64,000 nt of DNA from Candidatus Saccharimonadales bacterium. GTDB lineage: Bacteria; Patescibacteriota; Saccharimonadia; UBA4664; DATIHN01. The notes below the pieces were generated by a model. The model was given only the letters and a program-made list of their open reading frames with translations, was not told the origin of the DNA and searched no databases. Positions within the stretch are counted from its first letter, which is position 1. Every line of letters starts with the position of its first letter. The DNA lies in contig DATIHN010000016.1 in the NCBI GenBank assembly GCA_035480635.1, positions 76,017 through 140,016 of the forward strand. Reading direction: 5' to 3'. The position numbers and the translations under genes are program-made. This document shows, one piece after another, positions 20,095 through 29,557 of this stretch.

Positions 20095-20207
20095 GCCTCC
20101 AATTCGAACGTCAAAGAACTGACTAATTGTTAAATAAAATTGGGGCTATTTCAAGCCTGAGCGTGATATTGTTTTTTGAGTTTTAGTCTAAGGATCCAAT
20201 GCGCATT

Positions 20208-20276
20208 AGATGTTTCGACAAGCTCAACATGACAGGCTATGAGATTGCCGCGTCGTTTTACTCCCTCGCAATGACA
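20208..20276. repeat. Two REP-like half elements ending in ATGACA
   Basis: GTTTCGACAAGCTCAACATGACA and GAGATTGCCGCGTCG..CCTCGCAATGACA; same terminal motif as 7633-7700. Confidence 0.6.
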
Positions 20277-20310
20277 ATTGAAAATTGATACTTGGGAATT
20301 GACAACTCTA

Positions 20311-21306
20311 CTACAAATATTTGGCCACGTTGGCCTGGTGTTCAGCAAAGGTGCGGGCAAAATGGGTATTGCCGTCTTTGTCGGCCACGAAGTAGAGGTA
20401 ATCGGTGCTAGCCGGGTTAATAACGGCGTTGATGGCGCCTAAGCCGGGGTTAGCGATTGGGCCAGGCGGCAAGCCGGGGTGCAGGTAGGTGTTGTAGGGC
20501 GAAATTATTGATCGGATATTGGTGACGTTGGTTTGCCCATTGAGCTGGGCACCGTAAAGAGCCGTTACGTCGCTTTCGAGCGCCATACCAATCCGCAGAC
20601 GCTTCAAGAAAACTTGGGCCACAATCGGCCGATCAGCCGCATGAGCCACTTCACGTTCGATGATGGAGGCCATAGTAATACACTGGTGCAGGTTCAGGCC
20701 CTGTTTGGCGCAACCTGCGACCGTTTCAGACGTGATTTTAGTGCCAAAGTTATTCAACATGGCTTGAACGAGTTGATGAGGAGTGGTGCTAGGCGAAATT
20801 TCGTAAGTATCAGGAAAGAGATAGCCCTCGAGGCTGGCACCAGCTGGGCGGTCAATCAAAAAACTACCATTGTACGTATCGTGTTCAATGGCTGCCGGCA
20901 AATCACCGCCACGCAACCATTGGCTAAGAGCCGCGGCTTCAATTTGCTGGGTAGTTTCGCCCTCGCGGACCAAAAAGGCTTTGTTTACCACAATGCCACG
21001 AGCAATAATTTTGGCGTTGGTGGCTGCCGTGTCAGCTGGGGAGAGTTCATAGTAGCCGGCTTGGATCTTGCGACGCAAGCCGTGCAAAGTGACGTAAACA
21101 TTAAAAGCCCAGCGGCTGCGGATAATGCCAGCTTGTTGCAACTTGGCCGAAATAGCGTTGACCTTTTGGCCGGGGTCAATGCCAAAGGCGATGGGTTCTG
21201 CGAGCTTGGTGTTAGCCGGCCGCAGTTCATAGCGATAGCTAGCGTAGGCCGCCACAATTAGCAGCCCCGCGACTACACCAGCCCCAATCAGCCACCAGCG
21301 CTTCAA
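20311..21306 (-). CDS. mltG: Endolytic transglycosylase MltG
   Basis: LEGYLFPDTY, MASIIERE, SPYNTY..GLPPGPIANPG, YLYFV. Confidence 0.96.
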   Translation of the reverse strand: MKRWWLIGAGVVAGLLIVAAYASYRYELRPANTKLAEPIAFGIDPGQKVNAISAKLQQAGIIRSRWAFNVYVTLHGLRRKIQAGYYELSPADTAATNAKIIARGIVVNKAFLVREGETTQQIEAAALSQWLRGGDLPAAIEHDTYNGSFLIDRPAGASLEGYLFPDTYEISPSTTPHQLVQAMLNNFGTKITSETVAGCAKQGLNLHQCITMASIIEREVAHAADRPIVAQVFLKRLRIGMALESDVTALYGAQLNGQTNVTNIRSIISPYNTYLHPGLPPGPIANPGLGAINAVINPASTDYLYFVADKDGNTHFARTFAEHQANVAKYL

Positions 21307-21677
21307 TGATTCTCCAAATAATCTTGTAGGATTTGGGCGGCCGCGGCATCGTCAACGGCTTGACCACTAGATGGTAGATTTTGGCTAGTGAGCGCCTCAT
21401 CCTGCAGTGTCACTGGCAAACCTAAACGTTCTAAATCTTGAGCAAACTGGCGCACCTCAGCCGTTTGGGCTGTGTCGTCGCCATCAAGGTTACGGGGCAA
21501 GCCAAGGACGATATCGGTAATGCCCTCCGAAGTAATCAGTGAACGCAGTGTGTCCACCAAGGGCAGATGGTCGCGTTCAATTATCCGCCAAGGCCTGGCC
21601 ACTTTGATGGCATCGTCGGCAATGGCTAGCCCAACGCGCTTAGCGCCATAATCTACCCCCAAAAAACGCCTAGCCAC
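21303..21677 (-). CDS. ruvX: YqgF/RuvX family nuclease
   Basis: LGVDYGAKRVGLA, VLGLP, QDEALTS, DDAAAAQILQDYL. Confidence 0.93.
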   Translation of the reverse strand: MARRFLGVDYGAKRVGLAIADDAIKVARPWRIIERDHLPLVDTLRSLITSEGITDIVLGLPRNLDGDDTAQTAEVRQFAQDLERLGLPVTLQDEALTSQNLPSSGQAVDDAAAAQILQDYLENH

Positions 21678-23361
21678 TAGTAGTTGCTACCTTAATTTCA
21701 ATCTTGATTTTGCTGGCCCGGCGCGGTAGTTTGGTATCCCAGCTCGGCCAGAGCGTAATCTCGGAATGATCAACACCGGGGGTCTTGTTGATAATATCCA
21801 TGGCATCCCCCAGCTTTTTGCCCTTAATCTGCTTGGCCAAGGCCGCAGTATCGATTTTGGGCCCAGCTGAGGCCTCGGCTGCAACATGAATATTTTGACT
21901 ACCACCCGTGTTCTTTTTAATGACTTGGAATTGGGCGCTAGCCGCTCCGTTATCGTAAATTTGGTTGCCCGGGCCAATCTGTTTAGTAATGTTTTGATCG
22001 AGCAGAGCGTTCAAGTCATCATTGCTAATGGCCAGAGCATCATAGTTGGCGGTGACTTTAACGGTGACATTGGCGGCTTCGGCGCCGACGGCCGGGATGC
22101 CGGAAACATTGCTAGGGGTTTGGGTCATAGTCTCGTTCATCATGCGGTAACCATCGGTAACTTTTTTGACCAAATCGGCCTGAGCACCGTCTTTGTCTTT
22201 GCTGAGCAAATCAGCTACGGCCCCATCGATGTCACTCTGCTGCACTACTGTGACAGTTTTAGTTGTACCCCCGCCCATTTGACCGCCCTGGAATTTGACG
22301 TTGAAGGCACCCGAACTGGGGATTGAGCCGACTGTGTAGCTAGTCGGGGCTAAGTTGTACGAATCACCGTTTTCGGCCGCCGTTACACCGACCGAAGCCG
22401 TCGTTGGGTGGCAGACACCACCGGAGATCGTGGCATCGGGTACAGCGATGGCTGAGTTACCCAAGAATCTGTGGCCATCGGCTGCCGTATAAACTGTCCC
22501 GGCCGCAATAGTACCGGGATTGTAGCAGTTATTGGTAATGGTGATGGTGCCGGTAGCTTTGGTGCCGGCGTCTTTTTTACCGGTGGCGGTCACCTGCTCG
22601 CTGAGGTCTTTGCTCGATTGGACTTCCTGAGCTTTGACGGTGCCGGCACTTATATTTGAGCTGGGTGCACTAGGGTCGGCTGTAAAAGTCGCTTCAGCCG
22701 GGACTTTGCTACCTTTAGCAAAAACCGTTACATTAGCGCGCTCTAGGAAAAAGTTCGCAAATAACAGGCCAAAAACGATGACCAGTGCCAACGCCCCCCA
22801 AAAGACGCGTTTTTGCATGGCGTTAAAGTCTGGCACCCGAGCCATCTTTTTGCTTTCAGCTGGCGAGTCACTGATAGGCTTCTTGGTCATGGTCGGTTTA
22901 TCGTCACTGGTGTCAGGTTTTTTGGTGTCTGTAGCTGGTGGCACAGCCTCGTCTTTGGCAGCAGCGGCTTTGGCCGCGGTTGCCCCAGCCGCCACACCCG
23001 CCATGGCCGCGGCCGTCTCTGGTCTGCCAGTTTCTTCGGTGCCGCCATCAATGACTTCGGTGGTGGGATCGGGTTCCTTGACGTTAGCTTCGGGCACACT
23101 GGCTTCGGCCCCCAATTTATCGGCGACGGCCAGCCCGACCCGACCGGCCAAATGACTGCTCAATCGATCAGTCGTAACCAGCACCAATTCTTTCTTGCTT
23201 TCGTCGGCGGCTTTTTTGAGCAATTTCAAGTTGATCATGCTCTGCAATAGCGTCGATCGCTTGGGTACCACAATCGAAACGTCGCCGGCCTGGCTGGCCT
23301 TTAGTTTTTCGACGGCGGAAGTAATGTCTTCGTCGTTTTCCAGATATAAAACGTCGCTCAT
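21670..23361 (-). CDS. Membrane-anchored protein with baseplate-J-like extracellular beta region
   Basis: N-terminal YLENDEDITS..NLKLLK domain, low-complexity linker, one TM, ATGTITITN..VTAAENGDSYN..GG. Confidence 0.65.
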   Translation of the reverse strand: MSDVLYLENDEDITSAVEKLKASQAGDVSIVVPKRSTLLQSMINLKLLKKAADESKKELVLVTTDRLSSHLAGRVGLAVADKLGAEASVPEANVKEPDPTTEVIDGGTEETGRPETAAAMAGVAAGATAAKAAAAKDEAVPPATDTKKPDTSDDKPTMTKKPISDSPAESKKMARVPDFNAMQKRVFWGALALVIVFGLLFANFFLERANVTVFAKGSKVPAEATFTADPSAPSSNISAGTVKAQEVQSSKDLSEQVTATGKKDAGTKATGTITITNNCYNPGTIAAGTVYTAADGHRFLGNSAIAVPDATISGGVCHPTTASVGVTAAENGDSYNLAPTSYTVGSIPSSGAFNVKFQGGQMGGGTTKTVTVVQQSDIDGAVADLLSKDKDGAQADLVKKVTDGYRMMNETMTQTPSNVSGIPAVGAEAANVTVKVTANYDALAISNDDLNALLDQNITKQIGPGNQIYDNGAASAQFQVIKKNTGGSQNIHVAAEASAGPKIDTAALAKQIKGKKLGDAMDIINKTPGVDHSEITLWPSWDTKLPRRASKIKIEIKVATTSG

Positions 23362-24620
23362 GCCTGAATCGCCTTGGTTAGTTTTTGGACCAGTCCCTCT
23401 GTAATACTACCAGTGTTTACGGCATCGAGCCCAAGGTTAGCTAGCCCCATTGGGGTAATGTCGGCATAGCTAGTTAGCTTGCCGGTGGTATCGTGAACTC
23501 GCGTGACTTCTGATGGCGAAATGTGACTGACGGTTGGCTTGCGAGCAAAAGGCAGGCTTTTATACCAAGTGCTGCCTTTGAGCGCTTGAACGATTTCAGG
23601 CAAACCAGTGCCACCACCGCAGAGCAAAATCTTGGAAGGCAAATGATCAACCTTATTAAACTCAGCTAGTGAAAGCTCGACGCCCGAGAGCCAAACCTCA
23701 ATATCGCCGGCCAAAGCTTCCTCCACTACTTTGCTATCAGCTTGATTTAGTTTGCCGCTAGCATAATCAAGTTTCATTTGTTCGGCACGCTCAAAACTGC
23801 TGCCCTTGGCTTGAGCGATGCGCTTGGTAAAACTGCGGCCGCCAATGGCAAACATTTTGGTGCCTTCAACACCACCATTATTAACAAGCGCAATATCGGT
23901 CGTTCCACCGCCGATATCGATGAAGATGGCACTAAATTCGGCCGAATCCTGTTCGCCGACCGATTTGGCCACCGCAAAGGGCTCGGCCGCAATGTTTATT
24001 AAGTTCAAATCCAAGTGGTTAGCCACGGCTTGGAGTGCGCCCAAATGAACCATGGGAGCGAAGGCGTTAAAGAGTTGGATACTAACGTCCCGGCCCTGGA
24101 AGCCGATCGGGTTTGTGACGCGGTAGCCATCGATTTGAACATCAACGATAGCAGTATTAACCAGCTTAACGTCAATTTCTTGGTAGCCGGTTTCCCAACT
24201 GAGCTGTTCCCGGGCCCGCTCAAAGGCTCGGTATTGGACCTTGTCCAAAATCTTTTTCAACTCTCCCATATCGATCGGGACTTGAGGGTTGGTTCGCTTA
24301 TATTTAATAGTGGTAGAGGCACCTTTGACCAGTTCGCCGGCAATACCAATGACGGCGTCTTTGGCCACCAGCCCACTCATATTTTCAGCTACTTTGAGAG
24401 CCGCATCGCAGTTTTCGACCACGCCGGCAATATCGGTCACGGCCCCAGACTGCATATCGGTCAAACGCTGGCGTTGGCGGCCAACGCCGACAATATCAAT
24501 ATGATTACCCTCGACTTTTCCAATCAGAGCTTTCACAAATTCAGTGCCAATATCGAGGGCCACCAAATACCTGGGCCCCGCCGGCCGTTTGGATAATTTC
24601 TGGAGTAATTTTAAAGCCAT
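23358..24620 (-). CDS. ftsA: FtsA-like actin-family ATPase
   Basis: ALDIGTEFVK, AEPFAVA, IDIGGGTTD, LCGGGTGLP; no ftsZ adjacent. Confidence 0.75.
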   Translation of the reverse strand: MALKLLQKLSKRPAGPRYLVALDIGTEFVKALIGKVEGNHIDIVGVGRQRQRLTDMQSGAVTDIAGVVENCDAALKVAENMSGLVAKDAVIGIAGELVKGASTTIKYKRTNPQVPIDMGELKKILDKVQYRAFERAREQLSWETGYQEIDVKLVNTAIVDVQIDGYRVTNPIGFQGRDVSIQLFNAFAPMVHLGALQAVANHLDLNLINIAAEPFAVAKSVGEQDSAEFSAIFIDIGGGTTDIALVNNGGVEGTKMFAIGGRSFTKRIAQAKGSSFERAEQMKLDYASGKLNQADSKVVEEALAGDIEVWLSGVELSLAEFNKVDHLPSKILLCGGGTGLPEIVQALKGSTWYKSLPFARKPTVSHISPSEVTRVHDTTGKLTSYADITPMGLANLGLDAVNTGSITEGLVQKLTKAIQA

Positions 24621-24681
24621 GGCTCCTTATAATTGTAACGCTTAGAGGGTGTTTTGGCTAACTTCCTAATAATTTTAACTA

Positions 24682-25158
24682 TTAAGCCCTATCTATTAAA
24701 TAACGGCTAAACGCAGCCATGTCTTCTTGGTAGGCTGTCAATTGTTCGGCTGTGACTTCGTCCGGAGTAGAACCTGGTTGCACTTTAAACGCACCGTAGA
24801 TACCTCTTTCTTGCAACCCAAGTCTGTGATTTGGGTCACGGTGTTGATTAAACTCAACCAATATCGGCTCAAACCGGGCACGTTGTTGTAGGTTTCGCTC
24901 GCGCCATTGCGCCTGCAGAACGGGATTATCCCTCCAACCCTCTGGCTCATCGGTTTCGATGTCAACATAGGGCAATGGAAATCCATCCAAATGCCCCTCA
25001 CATGAACCGCTAGTTTCGAAACCATTGAGCTTCAGGGCTACTACCGTCTCTTTAATGCGATCATCGATGGGTGTACCTAGTTTATCGGCAATTTGATCAA
25101 CTTCAGCACGGATGACATCGATGTCTTTTGGTTCATGGTCTGAAAGTTCTTCGGGCAT
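24682..25158 (-). CDS. Hypothetical protein with TxxSCEGH motif
   Basis: MPEEL start; LGTPIDDRIKETVVAL..GFETSGSCEGH. Confidence 0.65.
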   Translation of the reverse strand: MPEELSDHEPKDIDVIRAEVDQIADKLGTPIDDRIKETVVALKLNGFETSGSCEGHLDGFPLPYVDIETDEPEGWRDNPVLQAQWRERNLQQRARFEPILVEFNQHRDPNHRLGLQERGIYGAFKVQPGSTPDEVTAEQLTAYQEDMAAFSRYLIDRA

Positions 25159-25160
25159 GC

Positions 25161-27086
25161 TTATTCTAAGATAGCTTTGATCCGCCGCACCCCGGCCGAG
25201 CTGGCTTCTTCTTTGATGATTTTGAAGTGGCCCAAAACGCCAGTGTGTTCCACGTGCGGGCCGCCGCAAAGTTCCATACTATAAGGTTTGGCTGGGTCGC
25301 CGATAGTGTAGACCTTGACGGTGTCACCGTACTTTTCGCCAAAGTGCCCGCGAGCTCCCATATCCAGAGCTTCTTTGGTTGGCATCTCCTTGAACGTCAC
25401 CGGCAGGTCAGCTTTGATAGCGTCATTAACGATCTTTTCGACCTCGCGCTGTTGCTCGGGCGTGACTTTACCGTGGTGGCTAAAGTCAAAACGCGTCCGC
25501 TCGGGCGTGATGTTACTCCCTCGCTGCTCCACATCATCACCCAAAACTGTTCGCAAAGCCTTGTACAGCATGTGGGTGGCAGTGTGGTATTTGATGGTTT
25601 TATCAGATTGGTCGGTTAACCCACCCTTGAACACACCCTTGGTGGCGGTGCGCGACCGCTCGCGCTGTTCGGTCATCAACTGATCAAAGTTTTCGCGCCA
25701 GTCATCTGCAAGTTGAATGTCCCTTTTCCCTGCCTCTTCAGCTGACAGTTCGGGTGGGAATCCATAGGTGTCAAAAAGCTTAAATATTAGCTCCCCCGTT
25801 AAGAGCAACGGACCCTCCACTTCGCTCCCATCCTTCTCGGATCCATAATGCAAGAATTCGAGCCTCAGTTTATCAAACTCTCGTAATCCTTTTCTTAGCG
25901 TTTGGCGGAAGACTTTTTCTTCGTGCTCCAGAATTCGGATAACTTTGTCTTCATGCTTAATTACTTCGGGGTAGGCGTCGCGATAAAGATTAGCCACCAC
26001 CGGTGCTACCTCGCGGATCAGGCCCTGCTCAATGCCTAGTTCGTGGCCGCGGCGAATGGCCCGGCGCAGTAACCGCCTCAGCACATAGCCCTGACCGGTG
26101 TTACTCGGCATGACGCCGTCGCAAGCCATAAAGACCGCACTGCGCATATGGTCGGCTATGATGCGTTTGGCTTCTACGTGATCTTGATACTTCTTGCCGC
26201 TAATTTGCTCCAGCTTCTCGATAATCGGCCACATCAGGCTGATCTTAAAGACATCCGAATTATCTAGCGCCGCCGCCGCAATCCGCTCTAGTCCGCCACC
26301 AAAATCAACGTTCTTGTGTGGCAGATCGACTAAACCGTCATCCTTAGTTTTGACATACTGCATAAAGACCGAGTTAGCGATCTCCAAGAAACGGCCGCAA
26401 TCGCAATTGGGATGGCAATGCATGCCCCACTTGGCGTCGTGTTCGATACCGTCAAACAAGTAGAAAACCTCGGCACTAGGGCCACAAGGATCCCCCACGG
26501 GGGTAGTTCGCGGGCCTTTTTCGCCCCGATTCCACCAGTTCTTCTTTACGTCATAGAGAAATATGCGTTCGTCTGGCTTGATTCCGCGATTGTAGCTGTC
26601 CGCTTCGGAACCCATTTCGGCCACCTTCGGGTCGATGCCTTTGTCTTTGAAAAGTTTGGTCCAAGTCTCCACGGATTCGGTATCGCGTGGGATTTTGTAT
26701 GTATCATCACCAATTAAAGCCGTGACGTAGAGTTTTGTTGGATCAAGTCCAACCACATCAGTCAAAAACTCAAACAGCCAGGGCAGCTGCTCGGCTTTAA
26801 AGTACTCACCCAAGCTCCAGTTGCCAAGCATCTCAAAAAAGGTGGTGTGGCGATTGTCGCCGACTTCGTCGATGTCTTCAGCACGAAAGCATGTTTGTGA
26901 ATTGACCAAACGGGTGCCGGACGGATGTTTCTGCCCCAACAAATACGGCAGCAGTGGCTGCATGCCGCTGCCAGTAAAGAGCGTAGTCGGGTCGTCTTGC
27001 GGCACCAAGTTAGCCCGCGGAATAATCGTGTGGTCTTTGGCTTTAAAGAAATCTAAGTATTTCTGGCGAATTTCGGAAGCGTTCAT
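25161..27086 (-). CDS. alaS: Alanine--tRNA ligase (short form, no C-Ala domain)
   Basis: DPTTLFTGSGMQP, HTTFFEMLGNWS, HTATH, ELCGGPH; ends at GVRRIKAILE. Confidence 0.97.
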   Translation of the reverse strand: MNASEIRQKYLDFFKAKDHTIIPRANLVPQDDPTTLFTGSGMQPLLPYLLGQKHPSGTRLVNSQTCFRAEDIDEVGDNRHTTFFEMLGNWSLGEYFKAEQLPWLFEFLTDVVGLDPTKLYVTALIGDDTYKIPRDTESVETWTKLFKDKGIDPKVAEMGSEADSYNRGIKPDERIFLYDVKKNWWNRGEKGPRTTPVGDPCGPSAEVFYLFDGIEHDAKWGMHCHPNCDCGRFLEIANSVFMQYVKTKDDGLVDLPHKNVDFGGGLERIAAAALDNSDVFKISLMWPIIEKLEQISGKKYQDHVEAKRIIADHMRSAVFMACDGVMPSNTGQGYVLRRLLRRAIRRGHELGIEQGLIREVAPVVANLYRDAYPEVIKHEDKVIRILEHEEKVFRQTLRKGLREFDKLRLEFLHYGSEKDGSEVEGPLLLTGELIFKLFDTYGFPPELSAEEAGKRDIQLADDWRENFDQLMTEQRERSRTATKGVFKGGLTDQSDKTIKYHTATHMLYKALRTVLGDDVEQRGSNITPERTRFDFSHHGKVTPEQQREVEKIVNDAIKADLPVTFKEMPTKEALDMGARGHFGEKYGDTVKVYTIGDPAKPYSMELCGGPHVEHTGVLGHFKIIKEEASSAGVRRIKAILE

Positions 27087-27101
27087 TGGTCTAATTGTAG
27101 C

Positions 27102-28169
27102 CTACCTGTTATGAGTGGCCAATGCCGGTTTAGCACTGGAGATGATGCCGCTACCAACTACGCGGTCGCCATCGTAGATTACGGCCGATTGTCCAGGTGT
27201 AACGGCCCGCTCACTGCGATCCATTTTGATGACGTAAATTCCACCCGACTTTGAGATGGTGCAGTCAATCAAGTTGCCCATATGCCGCGTCAGCACCTGA
27301 TACCGTTTACCAGTTTCAATATCATCAAATAGGTGTGGATTCTCAATCTCGAATTCATCACTAAATAGTTCCATGCCACGCGGTTCATCGGTCACATAAA
27401 CGGTGTTGGTCGTCATATCTTTACTGGTGACATAATATGGCTTGCCACCACCCACACCCAAACCTTTGCGTTGACCCAAGGTGTAGAAAATGGCGCCCTC
27501 GTGTTGGCCAATTTTCGTGCCGTCGAGTAGCTTAATGGGGCCAGGCTCAGCTTGGACGTACTGGCTCAAAAAATCTTTAACACCAATCTCCCCCACAAAA
27601 CAGATGCCTTGCGAGTCGGGCTTTTTGGCTGTTGGGAGCCCAAATTTAGCTGCTAATTTACGAACCTCGGCCTTGTGATACTCCCCAATCGGCATCAAAA
27701 CCTTACCCAGCGACTCGGCTGGCATACGGCAGAGGAAGTAGCTTTGGTCCTTGCCCGGATCAAGGCCTTTGAGCAACTGACCATCCTTGATTCGGGCATA
27801 ATGCCCCGTCGCAATCAAATCGGCGCCGTCAGCTAAAGCTGCCTTTAAAAACAAGGCGAACTTGACCTCCTGGTTACACATAATGTCAGGGTTGGGCGTG
27901 CGGCCGGCCTGGTATTCTGCAATCATGTAATCGACCACCAAATGCTTGTATTGGTCCTGAAAATCAAACACCTTGAACGCAATATCAAGCTTGGCCGCCA
28001 CCGCTCGGGCGTCAGCTAGGTCTTGCTGCCACGGGCAAATGTTCCCGGCCACATCCTGGGTCCAGTTTTTCATATATACGCCAACCACCCGGTAACTTTG
28101 CTGCTTCAAAAGCGCAGCTGTGACCGAGCTATCGACTCCCCCACTCAAACCAACATAAACCGTTTTCAT
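27102..28169 (-). CDS. mnmA: tRNA 2-thiouridylase MnmA
   Basis: GLSGGVDSS, TPNPDIMCN, ATGHYAR, KDQSYFL, DSQGICF, TPGQSAV. Confidence 0.98.
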   Translation of the reverse strand: MKTVYVGLSGGVDSSVTAALLKQQSYRVVGVYMKNWTQDVAGNICPWQQDLADARAVAAKLDIAFKVFDFQDQYKHLVVDYMIAEYQAGRTPNPDIMCNQEVKFALFLKAALADGADLIATGHYARIKDGQLLKGLDPGKDQSYFLCRMPAESLGKVLMPIGEYHKAEVRKLAAKFGLPTAKKPDSQGICFVGEIGVKDFLSQYVQAEPGPIKLLDGTKIGQHEGAIFYTLGQRKGLGVGGGKPYYVTSKDMTTNTVYVTDEPRGMELFSDEFEIENPHLFDDIETGKRYQVLTRHMGNLIDCTISKSGGIYVIKMDRSERAVTPGQSAVIYDGDRVVGSGIISSAKPALATHNR

Positions 28170-28215
28170 AAGGAGTATTATATAAGAAAAGGGTTCTTTA
28201 GTCTATGAAGTGTTA

Positions 28216-28244
28216 TTGACAAATGTCAATATTTATACTAGAAT
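28216..28244 (+). promoter_or_regulatory. Sigma70-type promoter
   Basis: TTGACA-17 bp-TAGAAT. Confidence 0.7.
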
Positions 28245-28282
28245 CACATAAGTTTTTCCGCACCCCGACAAATGAGGCATCG

Positions 28283-28729
28283 ATGGAATCGACCCAAAAT
28301 CACAGCCCCAAGACTAGAAGCTGGCTTTGGATAGACTGGCTCTTCTTGATAGTCGCTGGTCTTAGCGTTATTGCCATTGCCCTAAACGTGGCGTTCTTGA
28401 TTGATGCGAAAAAGTTCGACGACGCATTCAACCCAACGCGGATCAGGGAGCGAGCAAGGACCGAACTGGTACATCACCTAGAGCACGTCGGGGTAGAGGT
28501 TGTGGCATCAAAGACCCAATACTTGGTACTCAAACTGAGCGCCAAGTGTCCGCACTTTCCCGTAAAGCTTGGGTATGAGTTCGTCGACATGACCCACTAT
28601 GACGCTTATTTGGTGGTGGACCCCAGTGGTGCGGCCATGCAAATTCAGCGTTCGGATGACTTCGCCTACATCTACCCGCAGTGCTACGACCGAATTCCTC
28701 CCTATCCATGGGGTACCGGGAGAAGCTAA
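28283..28729 (+). CDS. Hypothetical single-TM protein
   Basis: SD GAGG before MESTQ; N-terminal TM. Confidence 0.65.
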   Translation: MESTQNHSPKTRSWLWIDWLFLIVAGLSVIAIALNVAFLIDAKKFDDAFNPTRIRERARTELVHHLEHVGVEVVASKTQYLVLKLSAKCPHFPVKLGYEFVDMTHYDAYLVVDPSGAAMQIQRSDDFAYIYPQCYDRIPPYPWGTGRS

Positions 28730-28780
28730 ACCCCGCAAGGGACCTCGTTAAATCGAGGCGCCCGGCGGGGCGTTTCGTTT
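28730..28780 (+). terminator. Three-tier hairpin directly after stop codon
   Basis: CCCCGC/GCGGGG, GGG/CCC, CCTCG-TTAAAT-CGAGG; T-rich tail. Confidence 0.6.
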
Positions 28781-28781
28781 A

Positions 28782-28809
28782 TTGACTAATTTCAAATTAC
28801 TCCTATAAT
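28782..28809 (+). promoter_or_regulatory. Sigma70-type promoter
   Basis: TTGACT-16 bp-TATAAT. Confidence 0.7.
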
Positions 28810-28847
28810 TATGCCATCTCGCACCTTGAACTGAGTGAGGAGACCAG

Positions 28848-29306
28848 ATGATACTCTGGCACTACCACTTCGACTGGGACAGCCTTCTAGTAGTGCTCTG
28901 CATGGTAATTGTCGTCATGATTCTTCTAGGATTTCACTTGCGTAACAAGACGGATCTTTTGGCGACTTTCTTGGTAGCTGTCTTGATGTTCGTCGTACTA
29001 GGCGGGGCAATGTTGACCATGGCTGGCCACGTCTACTATCAAGATCAAGCCAAAAAGGAAGACAAACGAGCCAGGGCAGAGCTTATCGACCAACATTTCG
29101 AAGTCATTTGGGTCGACACCCTAAATCACAAAGCCAAAGTGGGTGTGCCCAACTACCGGCCGGTTAATGGCTACCCGACATGCCAAATCGAAGCCGGCCT
29201 CCGGGAAATCAAGAAGACCTGGAGGGTGATGTTCCCTCTGGATCAAATGAACGGCCCTCTGGCGCCACAACAATTGCGCTTTATCTGCGATCAGCGGATC
29301 AAGTGA
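28848..29306 (+). CDS. Hypothetical two-TM protein
   Basis: SD GAGGAG; two TM segments; followed by GCCCTCGAC-TTCG-GTCGGGGGC hairpin. Confidence 0.65.
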   Translation: MILWHYHFDWDSLLVVLCMVIVVMILLGFHLRNKTDLLATFLVAVLMFVVLGGAMLTMAGHVYYQDQAKKEDKRARAELIDQHFEVIWVDTLNHKAKVGVPNYRPVNGYPTCQIEAGLREIKKTWRVMFPLDQMNGPLAPQQLRFICDQRIK

Positions 29307-29340
29307 AACAGCCCTCGACTTCGGTCGGGGGCGTTGCTCT

Positions 29341-29517
29341 TTAATAGGGCGAATTAGTGGTGGTACTTGAGTTGTTGTTGTGATTATGGACGTAGTAGTA
29401 GGCCACGCCAGCGTAAATGACGCCGCCGATGATGACATAGATTAGAATCCACTGCCATAGCGGCCGTTTGCCATAACCCTTTTTATACTCCGATTTGGGT
29501 TGATTTTCGTCTGCCAC
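29341..29517 (-). CDS. Small membrane protein (58 aa; absent from ORF track)
   Basis: SD AAGGAGG then GTG; MADENQPKSEYKKGYGKRPLWQWILIYVIIGGVIYAGVAYYYVHNHNNNSSTTTNSPY. Confidence 0.75.
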   Translation of the reverse strand: MADENQPKSEYKKGYGKRPLWQWILIYVIIGGVIYAGVAYYYVHNHNNNSSTTTNSPY

Positions 29518-29557
29518 AAAAGCCTCCTTTATTAGTCTTACTATACGCTGGCTGGGC

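Noticed and set aside
21670-23361. Prophage call from the baseplate-J-like gene
   Set aside because: No terminase, capsid, tail or integrase genes; gene is embedded in a housekeeping operon and has a TM anchor
25161-27086. alaS as a truncated pseudogene
   Set aside because: Catalytic and editing motifs are intact and the ORF ends cleanly; short AlaRS lacking C-Ala is a recognised form
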